A stretch of DNA of 64,000 bases from Clostridia bacterium. GTDB taxonomy: Bacteria; Bacillota; Clostridia; Oscillospirales; Acutalibacteraceae. Made by a program: the position numbers and the translations under genes. The stretch lies in NCBI GenBank assembly GCA_017622555.1, contig JAGAQV010000017.1:3169-67168 (forward strand). The letters run 5' to 3'. The notes beneath the pieces are model-generated. The model was not told where the DNA came from, ran no database searches, and saw only the letters and a program-made list of their open reading frames with translations. Positions 55,950-64,000 of the stretch are shown in pieces. Position 1 is the first letter of the stretch; every line of letters starts with the position of its first letter.

Positions 55950-57485
55950 TTATTTTTCCTCTAAGTTGTTGTACTTTTCATCATAAGATAAAACGAGTGC
56001 AACTTCCTTTTTCTTGATATTACGCTCTATGTAATTCTTTGTAATCTTCACAACTAACGGACAAAGAACAAGTACACCAATAAGGTTGGGAACCATCATA
56101 AGACCATTAAACGTGTCCGAAATATCCCAAGCAAGTGAAGATGTAAGTACTGCACCGAAGATTACTGTTATAACGTGGATAATGCGGAAAATAACGGTTG
56201 TCTTTGCACCAAAGAGATATTCCCACGCCTTGCTTCCGTAATGCGACCAACCAAGAACGGTAGTAAATGCAAACAGGAACATTGCAATGGCAATAAACCT
56301 TTGACCGATGTTACCCCAAGGGAACACTGCATTAAATGCGCCGCCAACCAAGGTTGCATCAGTAAGACCTGCTGCAATTTCACCTGTTTCAATATTGAAC
56401 ACGCCTGTTGTAAGACCGCCGGATGTAAGAACAACAAGTGCAGTCATTGTGCAAACAACCATTGTGTCGGCAAATACTTCGAATATGCCCCACATACCCT
56501 GCTTAACAGGTTCTTTAATGTTAGAGTTTGAATGAACCATAACCGATGAACCAAGACCCGCTTCGTTTGAGAAAACGCCACGCTTAAAGCCGTTTGTCAT
56601 AGCAACGATAACACCACCGATACCACCGCCTACAAATGCCTCAGGCTTGAATGCATTAACAAAGATTGCCTTAAACGCAGGAATAATAGCATCATAGTTT
56701 ACACCGATAATTACAAGTGAGCCCAAAACAAAAAGCACCACCATAAAGGGAACAATTTTTTCAGCAACGGAAGCGATTCTTTTAAGACCGCCCAAAGTGA
56801 TAAGTGCGGTTAAAGCCATAATAGCAACACCGATAAGCACATTGTAAAGTGAAACGTCACCAAAAACGTTAATTGCAGAAAGTGCCTTAACGTCAAATGC
56901 AGCTGCAACGTTAGCAACAATTTTGTTTACCTGACCCATTGAGCCGATACCGAAAGAAGCAAGCATTGTAAAAATACAGAAAAGCACGGCCAAAACTTTA
57001 CCAATCCACTTGCAACCCTTTTTGCCGCCAAGACCGTCACGAAGATAATACATCGCACCGCCCGACCATTCATCATTAACGTTTTTGCGGCGGAAATACA
57101 TACCTAAAACATTTTCGGCATAGTTTGTCATCATACCAAAGAATGCGGCAACCCACATCCAGAAAACTGCACCTGCGCCACCAACACAAATTGCTGCAGC
57201 AACACCGGCAATGTTACCAGTACCAACAGTTGCAGCAAGGGCTGTACACAAGGCCTGGAAGGGCGAAATTGAGCCCTTTTCCTTGCTGTGACTGATAACG
57301 TCCTTTTTGAAAAGACTGCCTATAGTGTTTTTCCACCAGTGCGGAAGATGTGATACCTGGAAAAACTTTGTACAGCAGGTAACTATAATACCTGTACCAA
57401 TGAGTAGCGCCAAACCAAAAATACCCCAAACGACGCTGTTAATTTCGCCGTTTATAGCTGCTACACTTTCTAAAAACTTCTCCAT
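55950..57485 (-). CDS. Alanine/glycine:cation symporter (AGCS family)
   Basis: ISPFQALCTALAATVGTGNIAGVA, SNEAGLGS and ~11 TM helices. Confidence 0.9.
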   Translation of the reverse strand: MEKFLESVAAINGEINSVVWGIFGLALLIGTGIIVTCCTKFFQVSHLPHWWKNTIGSLFKKDVISHSKEKGSISPFQALCTALAATVGTGNIAGVAAAICVGGAGAVFWMWVAAFFGMMTNYAENVLGMYFRRKNVNDEWSGGAMYYLRDGLGGKKGCKWIGKVLAVLFCIFTMLASFGIGSMGQVNKIVANVAAAFDVKALSAINVFGDVSLYNVLIGVAIMALTALITLGGLKRIASVAEKIVPFMVVLFVLGSLVIIGVNYDAIIPAFKAIFVNAFKPEAFVGGGIGGVIVAMTNGFKRGVFSNEAGLGSSVMVHSNSNIKEPVKQGMWGIFEVFADTMVVCTMTALVVLTSGGLTTGVFNIETGEIAAGLTDATLVGGAFNAVFPWGNIGQRFIAIAMFLFAFTTVLGWSHYGSKAWEYLFGAKTTVIFRIIHVITVIFGAVLTSSLAWDISDTFNGLMMVPNLIGVLVLCPLVVKITKNYIERNIKKKEVALVLSYDEKYNNLEEK

Positions 57486-57504
57486 TTTTAAAACTCCTTA
57501 TTAA

Positions 57505-57536
57505 AATAATAAAACCGAACTGCAAAACAGTTCGGC
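57505..57536 (-). terminator. Riboswitch expression-platform terminator
   Basis: On the minus strand: stem ccgaactg/cagttcgg followed by UUUUAUUAUUUU, 20 nt before the RBS. Confidence 0.7.
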
Positions 57537-57567
57537 AAAAGTACAAGAAAGAAAAAATACAACCTTT

Positions 57568-57700
57568 GTCCTTTTGCCTGAGAGATTAACGGTTAAAAAC
57601 CGCCTTGCCCCTTCGGCACCTGATTTAACAGAATTCTCCAAAGTGCTATCAGTTCACAGTCGAATACCTTCTGCAAACCTCACATAGCTTATTCAGTTCC
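57568..57700 (-). ncRNA. Glycine riboswitch (single clearly conserved aptamer at 57568-57639 plus upstream leader)
   Basis: The minus strand reads GGAGAAUUCUGUUAAAUCAGGUGCCGAAGGGGCAAGGCGGUUUUUAACCGUUAAUCUCUCAGGCAAAAGGAC. This carries the GGAGA, CCGAAGGGGCAA and CUCAGGCAAAAGGAC cores. Confidence 0.85.
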
Positions 57701-57705
57701 CAATA

Positions 57706-57733
57706 AGTATACCACAAAAATTGTAAATTTCAA
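57706..57733 (-). promoter_or_regulatory. Sigma-A promoter for the riboswitch-AGCS transcript
   Basis: On the minus strand: TTGAAA, 16 nt, TGgTATACT. Confidence 0.5.
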
Positions 57734-57824
57734 GTATTTTTTAAAATTTTTTGTTGACATCTAAAAAAAATGGTAGTATCCTAAAAAAATAAAATATATA
57801 TTATTATGTAAAGGAGATACATAT

Positions 57825-59177
57825 ATGCTTAAATCAGAATACCTTAAAAAAGTATACGCCGACGTTGAAGCACGTAACCCCGGCGAAAAGGAATTCCATC
57901 AAACAGTTTATGAAGTTTTATCTTCTATTGAACCTGTTGTTGAATCCAACCCCGAATATCAAAAGTGGGGCATTATTGAAAGAATGGTAGAACCCGAAAG
58001 AATGATTACCTTCCGTGTATCTTGGGTTGATGATAACGGCGCAGTTCACGTAAACCGTGGCTTCCGTGTTCAGTTTAACTCGGCTATCGGTCCTTACAAG
58101 GGCGGTCTTCGTTTCCATCCCTCAGTTAATGCCAGCATTATTAAGTTCTTAGGCTTTGAACAAACCTTCAAGAATAGCCTTACCAGTCTTCCTATGGGCG
58201 GCGGTAAGGGCGGTAGTGACTTTGACCCCCGCGGCCGCAGCGATGGCGAAATTATGCGTTTCTGCCAAAGCTTTATGACCGAGCTTTCAAAGCACATCGG
58301 TGCTGATACCGACGTTCCCGCAGGTGACCTTGGTGTAGGCGCTCGTGAAATCGGTTACCTTTACGGTCAGTATAAGCGCCTTCGTAACGAATTTACAGGC
58401 GTTCTTACAGGTAAGGGTCTTCCCTACGGCGGTTCTCTTATCCGTCCTGAAGCAACCGGCTTCGGCGCTGTTTATTATGTAGATGAAATGCTCAAGTCCT
58501 TTGGCGACACCATTAAGGGCAAGACCTTTGCAGTTTCAGGCTTCGGTAACGTTGCTTGGGGTACTGTTAAGAAGGTTACCGAGCTTGGCGGTAAGGTTGT
58601 TACCATCTCAGGTCCTGACGGCTACGTTTATGACGAAGACGGCATTAACACCGACGAAAAGATTGAATTTATGCTTTCAATGCGTTCTTCTGGTCGTGAC
58701 AAGGTTAAGGATTATGCCGACAAGTTTGGCGTTCCTTACTTTGAAGGTCAGAAGCCTTGGGGCACTAAGGTTGACATTATTATGCCTTGCGCAACTCAGA
58801 ACGAGGTTGACGTCAAGGAAGCTGAACAAATTATTGCTAACGGCGTAAAATATTACGTTGAAGTTTCTAATATGCCCACCACTAACGAAGCAGTTGCTTT
58901 ACTTAAGGAAAACGGTGTTACCGTTGCTCCTTCAAAGGCAGTTAATGCAGGCGGTGTTGCAGTTTCGGGTCTTGAAATGAGCCAGAACTCAATGCGCTAC
59001 AACTGGACCGCTGAAGAAGTTGATGCTAAACTCAAGCAGATTATGAAGAACATCTTCTCGGCATCTCTTAACGCTGCTGAAAAATACGGTATGCCCGGCG
59101 ACTTGGTTGCAGGCGCTAACATTGCAGGCTTTGAAAAGGTTGCAAATGCTATGCTCGCACAAGGCGTTGCATACTAA
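57825..59177 (+). CDS. gdhA: NADP-specific glutamate dehydrogenase
   Basis: KGGLRFHPSV, GGGKGGSDFDP and GFGNVAWG motifs. AAAGGAG RBS. Confidence 0.95.
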   Translation: MLKSEYLKKVYADVEARNPGEKEFHQTVYEVLSSIEPVVESNPEYQKWGIIERMVEPERMITFRVSWVDDNGAVHVNRGFRVQFNSAIGPYKGGLRFHPSVNASIIKFLGFEQTFKNSLTSLPMGGGKGGSDFDPRGRSDGEIMRFCQSFMTELSKHIGADTDVPAGDLGVGAREIGYLYGQYKRLRNEFTGVLTGKGLPYGGSLIRPEATGFGAVYYVDEMLKSFGDTIKGKTFAVSGFGNVAWGTVKKVTELGGKVVTISGPDGYVYDEDGINTDEKIEFMLSMRSSGRDKVKDYADKFGVPYFEGQKPWGTKVDIIMPCATQNEVDVKEAEQIIANGVKYYVEVSNMPTTNEAVALLKENGVTVAPSKAVNAGGVAVSGLEMSQNSMRYNWTAEEVDAKLKQIMKNIFSASLNAAEKYGMPGDLVAGANIAGFEKVANAMLAQGVAY

Positions 59178-59209
59178 TTCGTAATTCATAATTTGTAATG
59201 CGTAATTAA
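59175..59209 (+). repeat. Five tandem heptads TAAT(T/G)(C/T)(G/A), left arm of an inverted heptad array
   Basis: TAATTCG TAATTCA TAATTTG TAATGCG TAATTAA. The first TAA is the gdhA stop codon. Confidence 0.85.
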
Positions 59210-59241
59210 CGCACCCAACGATATGTTGGGTGCGTTTTTTT
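59210..59241 (+). terminator. Intrinsic terminator after gdhA
   Basis: 10-bp stem cgcacccaac/gttgggtgcg, T7. Confidence 0.85.
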
Positions 59242-59340
59242 ACACATAATTTCAAATTTGGTTTTATCTATGCCTTCTCCTGCGGGAGAAGACTTTGGTT
59301 TGTACAATTCCGTCAGCCCGATAAACTATAATTCACACAA

Positions 59341-59374
59341 CAATTCCGCATTACGCATTACGAATTACGCATTA
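59341..59374 (+). repeat. Four tandem heptads CG(C/A)ATTA, right arm (reverse complement of the left-arm heptad)
   Basis: (caattc)CGCATTA CGCATTA CGAATTA CGCATTA. The reverse complement reads TAATGCG TAATTCG TAATGCG TAATGCG. Confidence 0.85.
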
Positions 59375-59382
59375 TTTAAAGT

Positions 59383-59410
59383 TCTATTTTGGACAAGTCG
59401 GTCATATCAT
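59383..59410 (+). promoter_or_regulatory. Candidate sporulation-sigma (sigma-E-like) promoter for spoIIIA
   Basis: TCTATTT, 13 nt, CATATCAT. This is a loose match to the B. subtilis sigma-E pattern (-35 ATA-rich, -10 CATAcAnT), and spoIIIA is sigma-E dependent in model organisms. Confidence 0.25.
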
Positions 59411-59427
59411 CTATTGAGGTGATAATT

Positions 59428-60351
59428 TTGATAACCAACGATGCATTATCAAATGTTTTATATGCCCTGCCACCCAAAATTAAGGGCGCACTTTTTAATC
59501 TTTCCCCCACTGTTCAGCAAAACGTAGCGGAAATTAGGCTTCGCAAAAATTTACCGTTTTCTTTAACCATTCAAGGCGAAACGGTTTTTCTAAAAACTGA
59601 CGGACAAACCTGCTTTTCGCTTTGCAACGGGCTTGTTTACATAACTGAAGACGATATTAACCAATGCTTTCACCTTTTGTGTGATGCATCGGTTTTTGCC
59701 CACGAAAACGAACTGCGTGAAGGCTTTATAATTATGAAAAACGGTTGCAGGGCGGGTGTGTGCGGCAGGCTTTCAGATAACGGCACCATGCAGGACATAA
59801 CTTCAATTAACATTCGAATAAGCCGTGAAATTAAAGGCTGTGCAAATGAGCTTTTATCAAATTACAACGGCGGCGGACTTTTAATTGCAGGTCCACCCGG
59901 AAGTGGTAAAACCACCATACTTCGTGATTTTATTCGCCAGCTTTCAAACGGAACTAAGGGAAAAATTAACCGTATTGCCGTAATTGATTCAAGAAGCGAA
60001 ATTTCTGGCGGTGGCAAGCTTGATTTGGGCCTTGCAACCGATGTTTTACAGGCTGATAACAAGGCAGTCGGCGCGGAAATTGCCCTTCGCACAATGTTTC
60101 CCGATTATATTGCCTTTGATGAAATTGGAAACGTTAACGAGCTTAACGCCGTAAGCCTTTGCTTTTCGTCAGGTGTAAAGGTTATAACCACTGCGCACGT
60201 TGAAAATACCTTTGACCTTAAAAACCGTGAAATTACAAGGCGATTACTTTTAAGCGGTGTTATTGACCAAGTAGTCATATTGCCATCACTTTATGGCGGA
60301 AAGCCACAATTTATAACCACGAAGGAGCTTTATCGTGAGGCTGCTGTTTAA
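59428..60351 (+). CDS. spoIIIAA: Stage III sporulation protein AA (ATPase)
   Basis: Walker A GPPGSGKTT and Walker B-like IAFDEIG. TTG 59428 with a GAGGTG RBS is preferred over the ORF-track TTG at 59389. Confidence 0.88.
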   Translation: MITNDALSNVLYALPPKIKGALFNLSPTVQQNVAEIRLRKNLPFSLTIQGETVFLKTDGQTCFSLCNGLVYITEDDINQCFHLLCDASVFAHENELREGFIIMKNGCRAGVCGRLSDNGTMQDITSINIRISREIKGCANELLSNYNGGGLLIAGPPGSGKTTILRDFIRQLSNGTKGKINRIAVIDSRSEISGGGKLDLGLATDVLQADNKAVGAEIALRTMFPDYIAFDEIGNVNELNAVSLCFSSGVKVITTAHVENTFDLKNREITRRLLLSGVIDQVVILPSLYGGKPQFITTKELYREAAV

Positions 60352-60763
60352 AATTGCGGGGCTTATTATTATTCTTACAACCTGCACAGCGATAGGCTTT
60401 TTAAAAGCAATTTCACTTAAAAAACGTTGTAAACGCCTTACTGAAATTATAAACGGATTTTTAAAGCTTAAGGAAAAGCTAAGGCTTCGTGCGGGTGATA
60501 AAAAGCGGCTTTTATGCGAATGCTTTGGAAGTCAGCACAATTTAACCGAAGGCTTAAAAAAAGAAGATATTACCCTTTTTAATGATTTTTTAAACACCTT
60601 TGGCAGTGGCGACACTCATTCAGAACTTCAGCGGTGTGAAGCCTTTATCGGACTTTTTGATATTAAAATTAATGAGGCTACAGCCGAATTAAACAGTCAG
60701 GCACAGCTTTATAAAGGACTTGGGTTTTTATGCGGTGTTTTTATTTGCATTTTCTTTTTGTAG
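60335..60763 (+). CDS. spoIIIAB: Stage III sporulation protein AB
   Basis: N- and C-terminal TM helices, position and size, LYKGLGFLCG C-terminal motif region. Confidence 0.8.
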   Translation: MRLLFKIAGLIIILTTCTAIGFLKAISLKKRCKRLTEIINGFLKLKEKLRLRAGDKKRLLCECFGSQHNLTEGLKKEDITLFNDFLNTFGSGDTHSELQRCEAFIGLFDIKINEATAELNSQAQLYKGLGFLCGVFICIFFL

Positions 60764-60772
60764 GTGAACTTT

Positions 60773-60967
60773 ATGGATGTTGATTTTATTTTTAAAATTG
60801 CCGCTATAGGCATAATTGTAACGGTTTTAAATCAGGTGCTTATACGATCGGGCCGAGAGGAACAGGCAATGCTCACCACCCTTGCAGGACTTGTTGTAGT
60901 GCTTTTAATGGTTGTTAATGCCGTGGCCGAGCTTTTTACCACAGTTAAGGATTTATTTGGCCTTTAA
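60773..60967 (+). CDS. spoIIIAC: Stage III sporulation protein AC
   Basis: 64 aa, two TM helices. MDVDFIFKIAAIGIIV matches the SpoIIIAC N-terminus pattern. Confidence 0.85.
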   Translation: MDVDFIFKIAAIGIIVTVLNQVLIRSGREEQAMLTTLAGLVVVLLMVVNAVAELFTTVKDLFGL

Positions 60968-60968
60968 A

Positions 60969-61355
60969 ATGGATATTTTCAAAATTTTAATTATTTGCAT
61001 TGTTGCGGCAATTTTTGCAGTGATTTTTCGCCAACACAGGCCCGAATTTTCTATTTTACTTGCACTTGTTACTGCAGTTTTAGCACTTTATTTGGTTTTT
61101 AATGCCTTAATTTCACCAATAAGCCGCATTTCACAAAAGCTAGAAGGCTATGGCGTTGAGCTTTCATATTTTAAGGTTGCGCTTAAGGCTTTAGGTATTG
61201 GATATGTAACAAGCTTTGCAGCTGACATTTGCAGAGATGCAGGACAAACCACCCTTGCCTCCCTTTCGGAAACGGTGGGAAAATGCAGTATTTTTTTGCT
61301 GTCTGTTCCGCTTGTTATTAACATTGTAGATTTAGCGTTAGGATTTATAAAATGA
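60969..61355 (+). CDS. spoIIIAD: Stage III sporulation protein AD
   Basis: 128 aa, four TM helices, MDIFKI start. The ORF-track start at 60912 overlaps spoIIIAC. Confidence 0.85.
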   Translation: MDIFKILIICIVAAIFAVIFRQHRPEFSILLALVTAVLALYLVFNALISPISRISQKLEGYGVELSYFKVALKALGIGYVTSFAADICRDAGQTTLASLSETVGKCSIFLLSVPLVINIVDLALGFIK

Positions 61356-62467
61356 TTAAAAAAGTCGTATTAACATTTTTAATAATGCTTTGCCTTATTA
61401 CTGCCGTTTCAGCAGAAGAATCCGACATTTATAAAGAACAGTTTTCCGCTTCGGGTATAGATGAATTAAATGACGAAATACCAGACGCCACCAAGGAGTT
61501 ATTAGATAACTTTTCAATTGATATAAGTGACAGCGACTGGGTAAATTCGCTCAGTAACGAAAATGCCTTTTTACATATTTGGGGCTTTATTAAAAGCGGC
61601 GCTAAAGCACCTTTAAGAGCCTTTGGCATAATTTTATCACTTATAATTTTAAGCGCTGTTATTTCAACTGCTTTTAAAGACAGTATGACCGAAACCGTTA
61701 CTTTTGCCACCGTTTTAGCCGTATGCGCAGCATTGCTTTCCCCCGTTTATTCAGCCATAACAGCCTCTACAGAGGCTCTACGTGGCTGTGCTACCTTTAT
61801 GACAGCATTTGTGCCAGTGTTTGCAGGTGTGGTTGCGGCAAGCGGAAGAACCTTAACCTCCGCCTCAATGAGCGGTGTTTTACTGCTTGCCTCAAACCTT
61901 GTTACCTTTATTGCCAACTTTGCCGTTGTGCCGCTTACCTGCGGGCACCTTTCTCTAAGCATCGCTTCATCAGTTTCACCCTTACTTCAAAACACTAATT
62001 TAGCAAGTGGTGTGAAAAAGCTTTCGCTTTGGATAATGGGGTTGATTTCCACCGTTTTTGTGGGCATTTTGAGCATTCAGACAGTCATTAACGGTGCGGC
62101 TGACAGCTTATCACTTCGCACTGCAAAATTTATTGTGGGCTCAAGCGTGCCGGTGGCGGGCGGTGTATTATCCGAAGCGCTTGCAACTGTTACCGCTTCT
62201 CTTTCACTTTTACGCTCAAGTGTGGGAATTTGGGGCGTTTTAATTTGCGCCTTAACCTTTTTACCCATAATAATTGAGCTCTTAATGTGGCGGTTGGGTC
62301 TTTTAATGCTTTCCTTTTTTAGCGACACCTTTTGTGTTGGCAAAATATCTATGCTTTTAAAAAGCGTTGATTCGGTAATGTCGGTTTTAGTAGGTGTTGT
62401 ACTGCTTACTGCGGCAATGTTTATAATTTCGCTTACAGTTGTAATTATGGGCGGTAAGGGTGTATGA
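61352..62467 (+). CDS. spoIIIAE: Stage III sporulation protein AE
   Basis: Signal peptide plus ~7 TM helices; size and order in the operon. Confidence 0.85.
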   Translation: MIKKVVLTFLIMLCLITAVSAEESDIYKEQFSASGIDELNDEIPDATKELLDNFSIDISDSDWVNSLSNENAFLHIWGFIKSGAKAPLRAFGIILSLIILSAVISTAFKDSMTETVTFATVLAVCAALLSPVYSAITASTEALRGCATFMTAFVPVFAGVVAASGRTLTSASMSGVLLLASNLVTFIANFAVVPLTCGHLSLSIASSVSPLLQNTNLASGVKKLSLWIMGLISTVFVGILSIQTVINGAADSLSLRTAKFIVGSSVPVAGGVLSEALATVTASLSLLRSSVGIWGVLICALTFLPIIIELLMWRLGLLMLSFFSDTFCVGKISMLLKSVDSVMSVLVGVVLLTAAMFIISLTVVIMGGKGV

Positions 62468-62889
62468 ATATAAATTCGTTTTTAATTTCCTTTTGTGTGT
62501 CTGCAATTTTTATTGGTTTTGTTTTTATTATTTGCCCAAGCGGTCAAATGAAAAATTCTGTTAAATATATATTAAGCCTTGTTTTCACCTTAATTATAAT
62601 TTCCTCTGCTTTGAAAATTGATTTTGACCTCGATTTCAAATCTGACACTTCAAATACAGAGGCTACCACCCAAGCAATTGATGAGGCATCTGCCCGATAT
62701 GTTTTTGAAACCTGCCTTAATGCTTCAAAAATAGAATTTTCAAAAATTTCGGTTTTAACTACTAAAAATGCTGATGACAGCATAGTAATTAGTAAGGTTT
62801 TAATATTTTCAAAGGAAGAAAAAAGCAAAATTTTAAATTCTATTGAGGGCATAACACAAAATTTAGAGGTTGAAATTATAAATGAATAG
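62464..62889 (+). CDS. spoIIIAF: Stage III sporulation protein AF
   Basis: Two N-terminal TM helices and a soluble C-terminal domain; operon position. Confidence 0.75.
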   Translation: MNINSFLISFCVSAIFIGFVFIICPSGQMKNSVKYILSLVFTLIIISSALKIDFDLDFKSDTSNTEATTQAIDEASARYVFETCLNASKIEFSKISVLTTKNADDSIVISKVLIFSKEEKSKILNSIEGITQNLEVEIINE

Positions 62890-63415
62890 CATATATAAAA
62901 AATATTTAGAAAAGCTTAAAAATCCACGGGTTTTAATAGTAATAGGTATAATTGGCCTTGGACTGATTTTTCTTTCCTCGTTGGGCACAGGTGATGAGAA
63001 AGCTTCAAAAATAAGTGAAGATTTTACGGCCGAAGAATACAAGGAAAGTTTGGAAAAAGATATAACACGGCTTGTAAAGGGTATTTCAGGCAGCAGAAAA
63101 GTAACGGTTGTTATCACCCTTGAAAGCAGTATTAATTACAACTATGCCGACACAATTGAAGAACTGGGTGAAAGCAAAAACGACAACAACAATACCACTG
63201 AAAAAAGCGAGATAAAGCAAGGGTATATAACAGTTAAAAACGCCGACGGCAGCGAACAGGCAATTTTAATTTCAAAGCAAATGCCTGAAATTCGGGGCGT
63301 GGCAATTGTATGCGAGGGCGGCGATACCCCTGCCCTTAACGAAAAAATTCAAAACGCCGTTACGTCGGCTTTGAATATTACATCTAAACGAGTATTTATC
63401 GCAGGAGGAAATTAA
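62882..63415 (+). CDS. spoIIIAG: Stage III sporulation protein AG
   Basis: N-terminal TM helix; C-terminal PEIRGVAIVCEGGD...V..AL ring-building-motif region. Confidence 0.8.
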   Translation: MNSIYKKYLEKLKNPRVLIVIGIIGLGLIFLSSLGTGDEKASKISEDFTAEEYKESLEKDITRLVKGISGSRKVTVVITLESSINYNYADTIEELGESKNDNNNTTEKSEIKQGYITVKNADGSEQAILISKQMPEIRGVAIVCEGGDTPALNEKIQNAVTSALNITSKRVFIAGGN

Positions 63416-63416
63416 A

Positions 63417-63944
63417 ATGAAAAAAGGCAAGGTTTTAGGTAAAGGTCAAATTGTAGTAGGTGTAATGGTGTTAGCGCTTGCCGCGGCAATTTGGCTTAAC
63501 ACAAAATATCTTCCTACAAACACAAAATATTTAGGTGAATCGACCTATGTTGATAATAAAACCGACGGTGAAAGCGTTCAAACCGGAACTAGTGAAGCCG
63601 ATTATTTTGCAGCGGCAAAGGCTGACCGAGAAAAAGTGCGAAAAGCCGCTATTGAAGAGGTAGAGGAGCTTTTAAAAAGCGCAAAGCTTACCGACACTGA
63701 TAAAAAATCAGCGTTGGCGCTTATTGAAAAAATCACAAAAAACACAAATAACGAAATTAACATTGAAAACCTTTTAAAAGCCAAAGGCTTTACAAAGGCT
63801 TTGGCGGTTATAAGCGATGATGAAATAAACGTTATTGTAAAAAGCGATGGGCTTACCACTGCAAATACTTTACAAATTCAAGACATTGTGACAAACCAAA
63901 CCGACATTTCGCTTTCTAAAATTAAAATTATTCCAATTAAATAA
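63417..63944 (+). CDS. spoIIIAH: Stage III sporulation protein AH
   Basis: N-terminal TM helix, K/E-rich linker, C-terminal SpoIIIAH-like domain (AVISDDEINVIVKSDGLT); last gene of the operon. Confidence 0.8.
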   Translation: MKKGKVLGKGQIVVGVMVLALAAAIWLNTKYLPTNTKYLGESTYVDNKTDGESVQTGTSEADYFAAAKADREKVRKAAIEEVEELLKSAKLTDTDKKSALALIEKITKNTNNEINIENLLKAKGFTKALAVISDDEINVIVKSDGLTTANTLQIQDIVTNQTDISLSKIKIIPIK

Positions 63945-64000
63945 AAATTCTGTTGTGTTATGAAAAATTTGTGTTATAATAGGAATAAAGGCAAGGTGTT

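Noticed and set aside
57640-57700. A possible second (tandem) glycine aptamer upstream of the clear one.
   Set aside because: Only a weak GCAGAAGG echo is present. The GGAGA and CUCAGGCAAAAGGAC cores are missing. It is therefore reported as a singlet with a possible ghost aptamer, not a tandem riboswitch.
59270-59434. A ~54-codon plus-strand ORF (MPSPAGEDFGLYNS...) running through the right heptad arm.
   Set aside because: It has no RBS and crosses the heptad repeats and the spoIIIAA RBS. Its composition is dictated by the repeats, so it is unlikely to be coding.

Overview
The window reads as a core chromosomal segment of a spore-forming, moderately low-GC Firmicute (class Clostridia). I infer this from gene content and cannot verify the taxon without a database. 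Coding density is high and most genes are housekeeping.

Gene content, in order:
- metG-tatD.
- A class A PBP.
- A cell-wall block: alpha/beta hydrolase, murF-like, ddl, CDF transporter.
- An ispH/S1 fusion, cmk, serA-serC, cysK and greA.
- A small glycan block: GH35, DUF3267, HAD and a GH63-like hydrolase, ending at a tRNA-Leu(UAA).
- rluB, dacB-like, ytfJ, ytfI, scpB and scpA.
- sigA-dnaG, rpmE, spoIIR and ispE.
- pflB-pflA.
- An ACT/UPF0210 pair.
- rex, then perR with a reverse rubrerythrin.
- A DUF1538 membrane protein with two P-II-like proteins.
- A glycine-riboswitch-controlled AGCS symporter, and gdhA.
- A complete spoIIIAA-AH operon.

I saw no IS element, prophage, CRISPR array or recognisable defence or toxin system.

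The most unusual signal is non-coding. Three intergenic elements are each built from a short motif (7-11 nt) repeated first in direct and then in inverted orientation.
- Two of them (26281-26455 and 28212-28382) have a private GC-rich mini-hairpin in every spacer. Each abuts a bidirectional intrinsic terminator and sits just upstream of a sigma-A-like promoter. Together they bracket the single GH63-like gene next to the tRNA.
- The third (59175-59374) is a heptad version flanking the gdhA terminator upstream of spoIIIA.

Secondary curiosities:
- An unannotated 15-nt x7 tandem repeat that could encode a 44-aa D/Q/N/K pentapeptide-repeat protein.
- An intact but catalytically degenerate P-type-ATPase-like membrane protein.
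- A MurF-like ligase with a polytopic N-terminal membrane domain.
- An orphan OadB/OadG-like pair.

All functional calls come from motif recognition by eye. No searches or folding calculations were run.
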